Shown here piece by piece: positions 1-7,899 of a stretch of DNA of 64,000 bases. This DNA is from Nitrospirota bacterium (GTDB lineage Bacteria; Nitrospirota; UBA9217): positions 448,001-512,000 of the forward strand of contig CAWBNQ010000003.1 of NCBI GenBank assembly GCA_963790205.1, given 5' to 3'. Numbering within the stretch: the stretch's first letter is position 1; each line of letters opens with the position of its first letter. The notes under the pieces were generated by a model. The model saw only the letters and a program-made list of their open reading frames with translations, was not told the DNA's origin and made no database searches. The position numbers were made by a program, and so were the translations under genes.

Positions 1-990
1 ACCTCGGGCCTGTCGGAAGTGAAGGGGGATGATGTTGCAGCGGCGATAAAAGGGGTCAAGGGTCAAGGGTCCGGAGTCAGGGTGGTTCATGTACCGACTC
101 CGGACTTCGACGGCGGGCTTGAGACAGGGTATGCAAGGGCGATAGAATCAGTCATCGAGTCGATAGTCGATGGTCATCAGTCGACTGCCGACCGTCGACC
201 GCCGACTGCCGACAGGATGCTCACCGTGTTAGCCGGTTCGCACCTCACTCCGGCGGACGCTGGAGAGTTGAGGGAGCTCGTCGAGTCCTTCGGCATGAGA
301 GCGGTCCTGCTCCCGGACCTGTCCGCTCTTGACGGAAGCAGGCAGTCTTTTTCTCCCCTTGCGTCAGGGGGGACGGGCTCGGCGGAACTTGCAGCCATGA
401 CCGATGCCTCGTTCACGATATGCCTGGGCATGAGCATGGAGCCCGCGGCAAAGCTGCTCGACCGGAAGTTTGGCGTCGAATACCGGGTGTTCGACAGTAT
501 TGCAGGCCTCTCGGATTCGGACAGTTTGATGCAAACACTGGCAATTGTGAGCGGGAAGCCCATGCCTTCAAGATATGAGCGGCAGCGGAAGGTCCTGGTG
601 GACGCCATGCGGGATGCTCACTTTTATTTCGGAGGCAAAAAGATCTGTCTTGCTCTCGAGCCCGACCTCGCGGTCCAGACCTCGAAGTGGCTTGATGAAA
701 TGGGGGCCTGTGTCGGGCTGGCGGTCATCCCCACGCTCTCGGACGCGGCGGACCGCATCCGCGCGCAGGAAGTGCGGATCGACGATCTGTTCTCCATCAC
801 GGGAGAATTCGACGCGCTCATAGCGAACTCGCACGCGGAAAGCACGGCGCAGCGGCTCGGGGTGCCGCTTTACGAAATGGGGTTCCCGGTGTACAAGACG
901 TTGGGATATACGTCGAAAGTCACGATCGGATACCGGGGGACGCTTACGATGATGCATGAGTTGGCGAATTTGATGATGAAAAAACATTGA
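1..990 (+). CDS. nifN: Nitrogenase FeMo-cofactor scaffold subunit NifN (5' end outside window)
   Basis: Frame 1 open from base 1 (TSGLSEVKGDD, TPDFDGGLETGY, LPDLSALDG, DAMRDAHFY, IANSH, GFPVY..LG..IGYRG); followed by nifX. Confidence 0.9.
   Translation, partial: TSGLSEVKGDDVAAAIKGVKGQGSGVRVVHVPTPDFDGGLETGYARAIESVIESIVDGHQSTADRRPPTADRMLTVLAGSHLTPADAGELRELVESFGMRAVLLPDLSALDGSRQSFSPLASGGTGSAELAAMTDASFTICLGMSMEPAAKLLDRKFGVEYRVFDSIAGLSDSDSLMQTLAIVSGKPMPSRYERQRKVLVDAMRDAHFYFGGKKICLALEPDLAVQTSKWLDEMGACVGLAVIPTLSDAADRIRAQEVRIDDLFSITGEFDALIANSHAESTAQRLGVPLYEMGFPVYKTLGYTSKVTIGYRGTLTMMHELANLMMKKH
53..80 (+). repeat. 4 x 7-bp tandem repeat (GGGTCAA-type) inside nifN
   Basis: GGGTCAA GGGTCAA GGGTCCG GAGTCAG. 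Confidence 0.75.
158..213. repeat. 7-bp tandem repeat with inverted arms (AGTCGAT / CGACTGC) inside nifN
   Basis: AGTCGAT AGTCGAT GGTCATC AGTCGAC then CGACTGC CGACCGT CGACCGC CGACTGC. Confidence 0.8.
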
Positions 991-1002
991 AGGACCGATT
1001 TA

Positions 1003-1095
1003 CCCTCTCCAACCCCTCCCATCGAGGGAGGAGCTACGGACAAGGGCTTTGTTCAGTTCCCTCTCCCCTCGCGGGAGAGGGCGGAGGGTGAGGGG
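1003..1095. repeat. REP-like double palindrome
   Basis: CCCTCCC-ATCGA-GGGAGG and CCCTCTCCC-CTCGC-GGGAGAGGG..GGGTGAGGGG; related copy at 55212-55248. Confidence 0.7.
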
Positions 1096-1112
1096 CAAAC
1101 AGGAGGTTGTTT

Positions 1113-1505
1113 ATGAAAGCCGCATTCGCTACGACAGACGGAAAACAGGTTGACGAACATTTCGGCAGGGCCGGCATGTTCGCGGTCTACGAGATAACGG
1201 AAACAGGCCATCGTTTCGTCGAGATGCGCAAGTTCGCCGAGGGCAGGGACATGGCCGTCGTGGACACGAAGGACAGGGGTTCGCTGCATGATGACGCGGT
1301 CCAGAACAAGGTTGACCGGCTGGCCGACTGCAAGCTCATTTATCTCACGGAGATCGGCGGGCCTTCTGCGGCGCGGCTGGTGAAAAAAGGCATCATGCCC
1401 ATGAAAGTGAAGGAAAGCATCTCTATCGAAAGCGCCCTCGATCAGCTTGGGGTGACGATCAGGCGGTCGCCTCCGCCGTGGCTTAAGAAGGCGATACAGA
1501 AATGA
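1113..1505 (+). CDS. nifX: NifX FeMo-cofactor carrier
   Basis: AGGAGG RBS; AFATTDG..VDEHFG, IGGPSAARLV, PPPWLKKA; directly after nifN. Confidence 0.9.
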   Translation: MKAAFATTDGKQVDEHFGRAGMFAVYEITETGHRFVEMRKFAEGRDMAVVDTKDRGSLHDDAVQNKVDRLADCKLIYLTEIGGPSAARLVKKGIMPMKVKESISIESALDQLGVTIRRSPPPWLKKAIQK

Positions 1506-1561
1506 GAAGTAGGAAGTAAGAAGTAAGAAAACGGAAAAGAGATTACAGGAGGAGACAAACC

Positions 1562-1879
1562 ATGAAGATGATCAGGGCATTTATTCGGCCGGAAAAGGAG
1601 CAGGAGGTGGTGCTGGCGCTCGAGGGCGCGGGTTTTCCGTCTCTTACGAAAGTGCCGGTGTTCGGAAGGGGAAAGCAAAAGGGCCTGACGGTCGGGCCGG
1701 TGCATTACGATGAGCTGCCCAAGGTGCTTATCATGACGGTCGTGAACGACAAGGACCTGGACAAGGTGATGAAGGTGATCCAGGACAAAGCGCGGACCGG
1801 GTTCATCGGAGACGGCAAAATCTTCATCAGCCCGGTCGAGAATGCCTACACCGTCAGGACCGGGGAAGCTGGGCTGTAA
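1562..1879 (+). CDS. nifI1: PII-family nitrogen regulatory protein, NifI1 type
   Basis: MIRAFIRPEK, GRGKQKG..YDELPK, TGFIGDGKIFISPVENAYTVRTG. Confidence 0.8.
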   Translation: MKMIRAFIRPEKEQEVVLALEGAGFPSLTKVPVFGRGKQKGLTVGPVHYDELPKVLIMTVVNDKDLDKVMKVIQDKARTGFIGDGKIFISPVENAYTVRTGEAGL

Positions 1880-1884
1880 AGTAT

Positions 1885-1925
1885 CGGTTTAAACTGTTCG
1901 AGCAGTTTGAACGGTTTAAACGGTT
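1885..1925. repeat. 9-bp tandem array of near-palindromic units (CGGTTTAAA), copy 1 of 3
   Basis: CGGTTTAAA CTGTTCGAG CAGTTTGAA CGGTTTAAA CGGTT. Confidence 0.85.
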
Positions 1926-1948
1926 ATTCTTGTATTTGGAGGTCCATT

Positions 1949-2365
1949 ATGAAGGAAATTACCGCCATTATACGCCGGGACAAGCTCCCGGAAACGAAAA
2001 AGGCGCTCGACGAGCTCGGCTATCCGTCGCTCACGATCCAGAGCGTCGAAGGCCGCGGCAAGCAGAGGGGCGCCATGTGCGGCGAAATGGATTCGGAGAT
2101 GCCGGACAGCTATTGCATCACGGCAAAGCTGAAGCCAACGCCCTCGGTCTATGCTCTCGAGCATACGCTGCCGAAGGTCGCGCTCTTTGTGCCGAAGCGG
2201 CTGCTCACGATCGTCGTCCCCGACGACGTGGTCGCCACCGTCGTGAAGTCCCTTATCAGGGTGAACCAGACCGGCAAGGCCGGAGACGGCAAGATCTTCG
2301 TGTTGCCCATCGAGGGCGCGCTCCGCGTGAGGACCGGCGAGAAGAACGGCGAAGCGATTTCTTAG
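1949..2365 (+). CDS. nifI2: PII-family nitrogen regulatory protein, NifI2 type
   Basis: GGAGG RBS; MKEITAIIR..KL..TKKAL, GRGKQ, VPKRLL, NQTGKAGDGKIFV, VRTGE; paired with a NifI1-type gene. Confidence 0.8.
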   Translation: MKEITAIIRRDKLPETKKALDELGYPSLTIQSVEGRGKQRGAMCGEMDSEMPDSYCITAKLKPTPSVYALEHTLPKVALFVPKRLLTIVVPDDVVATVVKSLIRVNQTGKAGDGKIFVLPIEGALRVRTGEKNGEAIS

Positions 2366-2462
2366 AGGACATGAAGTGCGAAGAGTGAAGAGTGAAAGGG
2401 TAAACGCCTGATGTTCTTTCGTTTCAAACTTCACCCTTCAAACTTTTTAAAACGGAGGCATC

Positions 2463-2741
2463 ATGCCGACAATCACCGGAACCACCCGGGGAGGCAAGCC
2501 CTGGACCCCGAGGTTCATCGAATCGATCGAAATACATAAATGCATCGGCTGCGGCCGCTGCTACAAGGTCTGCGGTTTCGACGTGCTCGAGCTGATCGAG
2601 AAACCGTTCGAGGGCGAGGACGAATACGGCGACGACATGGGCAACAAGGTCATGTCCGTCGCGCGGCCGGAGAACTGCATCGGCTGTGAAGCCTGCGCGC
2701 GCGCGTGCACCAAGAAATGCCACAAGCATGCGGCGGCGTAG
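2463..2741 (+). CDS. fdxB: nif-specific ferredoxin III, 2[4Fe-4S]
   Basis: TRGGKPWTPRF N-terminus; CIGCGRCYKVC and CIGCEACARAC. Confidence 0.85.
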   Translation: MPTITGTTRGGKPWTPRFIESIEIHKCIGCGRCYKVCGFDVLELIEKPFEGEDEYGDDMGNKVMSVARPENCIGCEACARACTKKCHKHAAA

Positions 2742-2821
2742 CATGGGGTGAAGGTCGGGTCGAGGTCCAGGTTAATATCAGGTGAAGATTCTCAACCTCT
2801 ACCTGATCCACCTATTCTCTT

Positions 2822-3274
2822 ATGAACATCACCATCCGTCACGCGCGGCCGGGGGACATCCCTCGCATGAGCGATCTGCTGGCCGAACTCTTCACCATCG
2901 AGTCCGACTTTTTCCCGGACAAAGAGAAGCAGGCGCACGGCCTCAGTGCGCTTGTCGCCGATCCATCGGGAAGAACGCTTGTGCTCGTCGCGGTCAGCGA
3001 TATGACGGTCATCGGCATGGCAACGGTCCAGACGCTGATATCGACCGCCGAGGGCGGCAGGGTCGGCTTGATCGAGGATGTGATCGTTGACAGGAAGTTT
3101 CGCGGCAAGGGCGTCGGTACGCTCTTGCTGGAAGAGATCGTCGCCTGGAGCAGGAGAGGATGTCTGAAGCGCCTCCAGCTCCTTGCGGACCGCGATAATC
3201 AGCCGGCGCTGGATTTTTATTTGTCCCGGGGATGGGCCCCCACCCGCCTCATCAGCTTGCGAGAGATGCTCTGA
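2822..3274 (+). CDS. GNAT family N-acetyltransferase
   Basis: IEDVIVDRKFRGKGVG acetyl-CoA motif; NQPALDFY..RGW. Confidence 0.85.
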   Translation: MNITIRHARPGDIPRMSDLLAELFTIESDFFPDKEKQAHGLSALVADPSGRTLVLVAVSDMTVIGMATVQTLISTAEGGRVGLIEDVIVDRKFRGKGVGTLLLEEIVAWSRRGCLKRLQLLADRDNQPALDFYLSRGWAPTRLISLREML

Positions 3275-3420
3275 GCCTTGTCATGAAGAAAGGCGACACC
3301 GGATAACGCCCTGCCTTATACCGCAATGAAGGCCCTGGTTCCAAACCGCGTTCTATAACTCTTTGTCGTCCTGTCCATTTCGAAATGCTGTTATAATATC
3401 TGTATTGCACCTGTTTTCGC

Positions 3421-3476
3421 TTGACAAGAACAGAGGAGGGAGTGAATAATATAATAGTTTAGAAGTTTCGCAACTA
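3421..3476 (+). promoter_or_regulatory. sigma70-like promoter with palindromic operator upstream of the yeeE pair
   Basis: TTGACA at 3421, AT-rich -10 region near 3445-3455, palindrome TAGTT-nn-GAA-nn-TTC-nn-AACTA at 3455-3476. Confidence 0.45.
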
Positions 3477-3634
3477 ATAAACAGATGGGTCGGCGACATG
3501 GGGTTCCGGTGATCTCATGACCACGAGGAGCTTGTTTATCCGTTATCATCCGGACGCCTTTCGATAGTTCTTGCGAGCCACACTACTGCACCATGCGAAG
3601 CGGAGTAGTGAGCTTAATAACTTTGGAGGTGACT

Positions 3635-4141
3635 ATGAACAAGAATGGATTCTGGTCTCCCTATCTTGCCGGGGTCGGGCTCGGGCTTACGCTCCTGGCG
3701 TCGTTCGTCGTTGCGGGACAGGGACTCGGCGCGTCACGGGCGTTTACGGTGGTTGCGGGAACGGCACTCAAAGGGGTCCTTCCCGCGTATACGGCGACCC
3801 TTTCCTATCTGTCGAAGTACCTGGAATTATCCCCCTTCAGGGACTGGACCGTTGTTGAGGTGACCGGGCTTTTGATCGGAGCGCTGGCAGGGGTCCTTAT
3901 GACCCGCGGTTTCAAGGTCCGGGTGGACCGGGGGGCAGGCATGACCCTCGGGATGCGGGTGATAACGGCCTTCGGCGGCGGAATCATCCTCGGCTTCGCC
4001 AGCAGGCTTGCACGGGGCTGCACGAGCGGCGTTGCCTTGACCGGCGGCGCCCAGTTCGCCTTGTCGGGCTGGGTCTTCGTTATCGCCATGTTCGCGAGCG
4101 GATTTTTGTTCGCCGCTCTCTTCAGGAGGTTATGGTCATGA
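3635..4141 (+). CDS. YeeE/YedE sulfur-compound (thiosulfate) transporter, first half
   Basis: GGAGG RBS; WSPYLAGVGLG, GLGAS, RLARGCTSG; hydrophobic. Confidence 0.85.
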   Translation: MNKNGFWSPYLAGVGLGLTLLASFVVAGQGLGASRAFTVVAGTALKGVLPAYTATLSYLSKYLELSPFRDWTVVEVTGLLIGALAGVLMTRGFKVRVDRGAGMTLGMRVITAFGGGIILGFASRLARGCTSGVALTGGAQFALSGWVFVIAMFASGFLFAALFRRLWS

Positions 4142-4744
4142 GCGCACCCTTTATCCTGAGCAATACGGTCAATCTTATCGTGGCCGTGATCATGGGGCTG
4201 TTCTTCGGCTTCTTCCTCGAGCGGGGAGGACTGGGAAACCCGCACAAGCTCACGGGCGTCTTTTATCTGACCGATTTCGCCGTACCCAAGGCGATGTTCA
4301 CCGCGATCCTTGTGGCGGCCACGGGGCTCTGCCTGTTGTCGGACCTGAAGGTCCTGGACATGAGCAGGGTCTGGATCATACCCACATTCCTCTGGCCCCA
4401 GCTCGTCGGGGGAGCGCTGTTCGGGCTCGGCTATCTCATCAGCGGCTACTGTCCCGGTACGGCGGTAGCCGGCCTTGCCTCGGGCCGATTGGACGCGCTC
4501 GTCGCGATGATCGGCATCGGGAGCGGGACCCTGCTGTTCTCAATGTTCTACCCCCTGGCTCGAGGGGTTCTATAAAACAAGCGACATGGGAGCGGTGACG
4601 CTGCCGGACCTCCTGGGCATGAACCATTGGGTGCTGCTCGCCATTGTCTACGCGTTCGCGGGCCTCATGTTTTATGCGATGGAGCGGCACGAAAGAAGGG
4701 GCCTCCCCTCAGCATCGAAAAAGGCGCTGCACGCTGTTTCCTGA
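4138..4744 (+). CDS. YeeE/YedE transporter, second half; +1 frameshift near the C-run 4551-4555
   Basis: GLFFGFFLERGG, GGALFGLG..SGYCPGT; removing one C gives FYPWLEGFYKTSDMGAVTLPDLLG..ALHAVS* ending at 4744. Confidence 0.75.
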
Positions 4745-4807
4745 TCAACGAATGTCGCCTGCGGCCATTCTCATTGCAGCTCAGAGAACGATTTCTCCCT
4801 CCCTATT

Positions 4808-4844
4808 CCGGGTCACCCCTCCAAGGGCGCCCCGGGTTTTTTTT
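4808..4844 (+). terminator. Intrinsic terminator-like hairpin with U-tract
   Basis: CCGGGTCACCC-CTCCAA-GGGCGCCCCGG followed by G and T8. Confidence 0.65.
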
Positions 4845-5142
4845 GCAGCGCTGCCCTCACCAGAAGCTTCCCTTGCAAAAGGGAGTAACCGGTGTTCGCA
4901 CCGACATGCAGAGCAGTTTTTGCTCCCTTAGTAACCGCGATGCAAGACAGGTTGATTCCGCCGCATGAAACCCCGGAGATGCCCAATTGACCGGGGGGAG
5001 CCGCCGAGCACATGGTTCTGCTGCACCAGTTCTCTCCGGACTGTCTCCCCTGAATGCCTCATAAATCGGCATTTGCCTTATCAACATACATCGGTTCTGT
5101 TTCCCTTCGTTTATAACCCCTTGTTTCTCCGCCGTGCCGGCC

Positions 5143-5158
5143 TGGCAATGATATTGCT
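5143..5158 (+). promoter_or_regulatory. sigma54 (-24/-12) promoter of nifB
   Basis: TGGCAATGATATTGCT, exact GG-N10-GC spacing; IHF-like TAACCCCTTGTTT just upstream. Confidence 0.8.
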
Positions 5159-5191
5159 ATTATCATGAGCATGGACGCTTAAGGAGGAGAC

Positions 5192-6079
5192 ATGAACAAT
5201 CCAGCGCGAGTTAACAAAGAGTTCATCAAAGTGCACCCCTGTTTCACCGAGGAGGCACACCAAAAGTTCAGCAGGGCGCATCTCCCGGTCGCGCCCGGAT
5301 GCAATATCCAGTGCCGGTACTGCGTGCGGAAATTCGACTGTGCCAACGAGTCACGGCCCGGTATCACGAGCAGGGTCCTGACTCCGGACGAGGCTGTTGG
5401 CCGCACCCGGGCGCTCATCGAGCGGAGCGACCGTCTGAGCGTGATCGGCATCGCGGGCCCCGGCGACCCGCTCGTGAACGCTCCGACCTACGTTGTGCTG
5501 AGGCACATCAACTGGGAGTTCCCGGACCTTACGCTCTGCATTTCCACGAACGGGCTCCTCCTGTCGGACAGGCTGGCGCAGCTCATTGCGTCAGGCGTTC
5601 GAAGCCTGACCGTTACGATCAATGCCGTATCACCGGAGATTGCGGAAAAGATCTACTCGTGGATCATCTACCAGGGACGGCGATACACAGGCCGGGAGGC
5701 GGCGGAACTTCTTCTCGCGAACCAGTGGCAGGGTCTGGAGAAGGCGATCGAAGCGGGGCTCATCGTGAAGATCAATACCGTGTTCATCCCGGGCGTGAAT
5801 GACGGGGAAATACCGCTTATCGCGGAACGGGCTGGAAAATTGGGGGCCGACCTCATGAACATCCTGCCGCTCATCCCGCAGGCGGAATTCGAGCATTGTA
5901 AGAGACCTTCGCACGCGGACCTGGACAGGATGCGCGCGCAATGCAGGCCGTTCATCCGGCAGATGACGCATTGCAAACAGTGCCGGGCCGACGCCTGCGG
6001 CATCCTCGGCGAGGACAAGGACATGGAGCTCGAAGCGTTGATGAGCCGTATCGACGAGGAATACAGCGAAGCAGTGTAA
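5192..6079 (+). CDS. nifB: NifB radical SAM enzyme, SAM-domain-only form
   Basis: HPC, CNIQCRYC, ANESRPG, AGPGDPL, STNG, CKQCRADA; no C-terminal NifX-like domain. Confidence 0.85.
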   Translation: MNNPARVNKEFIKVHPCFTEEAHQKFSRAHLPVAPGCNIQCRYCVRKFDCANESRPGITSRVLTPDEAVGRTRALIERSDRLSVIGIAGPGDPLVNAPTYVVLRHINWEFPDLTLCISTNGLLLSDRLAQLIASGVRSLTVTINAVSPEIAEKIYSWIIYQGRRYTGREAAELLLANQWQGLEKAIEAGLIVKINTVFIPGVNDGEIPLIAERAGKLGADLMNILPLIPQAEFEHCKRPSHADLDRMRAQCRPFIRQMTHCKQCRADACGILGEDKDMELEALMSRIDEEYSEAV

Positions 6080-6087
6080 GCAAATGA

Positions 6088-6134
6088 AAATCCCTCACGA
6101 CCTCCCCTTTTCAAAGGGTGGCAAGGGGAGATTT
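6088..6134. repeat. REP-like palindrome
   Basis: AAATCCCTC..CCCTTTTCAAAGGG..GGGGAGATTT. Confidence 0.55.
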
Positions 6135-6139
6135 AAAAA

Positions 6140-6886
6140 ATGGACACGCATCTAACTCAGACAGACCGCGAGCGGTATCGCCGACAGCTGATGCTCCGCG
6201 GTTTTACCCCGGACCACCAACGGTGGCTCAGGAATTCCACGGCCCTCGTCGCCGGCGTGGGAGGGCTGGGCGGGACCGCGGCACTTTATCTCGCCGCGGC
6301 GGGGATCGGCAGGCTGGTCCTCGCGCACGCGGGGAACCTTACGCTCTCGAACATGAACCGTCAGATCCTTATGAAGAACAGCCGGATCGGCAAGAGCAGG
6401 GTGGTTCAGGCGAAGAAGACCATCCGGGAAATTAACCCCGACGTGAATATCGAGATCTGCGACGAACGGATCACTGCCGGCAATGTTCAGGCGCTCCTTC
6501 GCACTGTGCAGATTGCGCTGTCCGCCCGCCCGAATTTTGCGGAAAGAAGGATCCTGAACAAGGCCTGTGTCGAGAAGGGCATTCCCATGGTTGAGGCGGC
6601 CATGAACGGGATGGAAGGATATATCTTTAATGTCATCCCGAAGGTTGCATCCTGCGTTCACTGCGTGTATCCCGAGGACGACCCCTCATGGGAGGAACTC
6701 GGATTTCCGGTGCTCGGCGCAGTATCGGGCATGCTCGGGTGCATAATGGCGCTGGAGGCCGTCAAATTGCTCACCGGGTACGGGAAGCCGCTCCTCTCGG
6801 AGATGCTGGTGTTCAATACGCTGGACATGGAATTTCGAAAGGTCAGAATCCCCCGGGACGAACTGTGCGAAGTATGCGGGACCTGA
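6140..6886 (+). CDS. hesA: HesA/MoeB/ThiF family protein
   Basis: ERYRRQ, GVGGLG, SNMNRQ, CVHC and CEVC zinc motifs; nif context. Confidence 0.8.
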   Translation: MDTHLTQTDRERYRRQLMLRGFTPDHQRWLRNSTALVAGVGGLGGTAALYLAAAGIGRLVLAHAGNLTLSNMNRQILMKNSRIGKSRVVQAKKTIREINPDVNIEICDERITAGNVQALLRTVQIALSARPNFAERRILNKACVEKGIPMVEAAMNGMEGYIFNVIPKVASCVHCVYPEDDPSWEELGFPVLGAVSGMLGCIMALEAVKLLTGYGKPLLSEMLVFNTLDMEFRKVRIPRDELCEVCGT

Positions 6887-6935
6887 GAGAAAGAGAGCCC
6901 CTGATCTCAGGAACCGAGGAAAGGAGGCGAAGATC

Positions 6936-7100
6936 ATGATGGCAACGGGAGTTTTTGTATTCGCGATAGTGACGTTTTACATATCCTTCCTGATCAACCG
7001 AACGAATGATTTCGACAAGGGGAAGCTTGCGACCTCTGTGACGCTGATCGCCAGGGGTTCTTTGCTGTACGGCCTGTATCTATCGAAGGGCATGCATTAG
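6936..7100 (+). CDS. 54-aa small membrane protein (not in ORF track)
   Basis: AGGAGG RBS; MMATGVFVFAIVTFYISFLINRTNDFDKGKLATSVTLIARGSLLYGLYLSKGMH*. Confidence 0.55.
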   Translation: MMATGVFVFAIVTFYISFLINRTNDFDKGKLATSVTLIARGSLLYGLYLSKGMH

Positions 7101-7267
7101 CCTTCATCCCACGCCGGCGAACCCGGTCCGCCTTTCAAGGTTGTATTTTTAAACGGCCCTTGCTTGTCCGCTCGCGACAGAACGCGGCAGCTCTTTACAA
7201 CGCTATCCCCTGTGCTACACTTTAATCAGTGATACGCTCGCGGTCCGGCGCCGCGATGGAGGGAACC

Positions 7268-7735
7268 ATGCTTCTGTACCTGAACATACTCCAGACCCTC
7301 CTGCTCCTCGTGATCGTGACGGGCATCGCCTACCTGGTCTTCCGGTCTCCCGTGAGGGCCGTCGTCGGCAAGAGGAAGTCTCTCCATTCGAGGCGGTGCG
7401 AGGTGTATAACGATGTCATGCAGGTCCTGACCATGCTCGGCAAGAGGGGCGAGATCCGGAAGGAGGAGCTCTTGGACTTCCGTTCCCGCACGCTGGACGC
7501 CGCGCTCCTGTTCGACGGTGAGGTCGCAGCGTACCTCGACGAGATCTACAGCCGGGGTGTGAAGCTGATGAGCACCAGCGAGCTTCTACAGGGGACCTCA
7601 GTGGCCGTGGGCGAGGAGCGCGACCGGATCACGGTGGAGAATGCGAAGCAGCTCATCTGGCTCGCCGACCAGCTCGCAATGGTCCAGAAGAAATTTGCAC
7701 GCTACCCCGAGGTGCTGAGCTCGTGCGAGTGCTAG
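7268..7735 (+). CDS. Hypothetical protein with N-terminal membrane anchor
   Basis: GGAGG RBS before ATG 7268; hydrophobic N-terminus; typical codon usage. Confidence 0.65.
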   Translation: MLLYLNILQTLLLLVIVTGIAYLVFRSPVRAVVGKRKSLHSRRCEVYNDVMQVLTMLGKRGEIRKEELLDFRSRTLDAALLFDGEVAAYLDEIYSRGVKLMSTSELLQGTSVAVGEERDRITVENAKQLIWLADQLAMVQKKFARYPEVLSSCEC

Positions 7736-7899
7736 GAAATTCGTTATCTTTGATCCGCACTGTTTACTGAATCCGAAGAAGTGTGCCCTGCCGCATAAAT
7801 TCTCAATACCATAGTTGCACCTGACGCCGCGCCAAAAAAGCCTTGCATGCCCCCGGCGATATACTTTAGTCAGGATTTTTTAAAGGCGAGGGAGGTGTG

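Noticed and set aside
3485..3634. Upstream ATG in frame with yeeE containing a TGA (possible Sec extension) or a riboswitch leader
   Set aside because: The peptide has no recognisable motif, a strong RBS sits at 3635, and no known aptamer consensus is visible.
4892..4905. TGT-N8-ACA upstream of nifB as a NifA UAS
   Set aside because: NifA sites are TGT-N10-ACA; the spacing is wrong.
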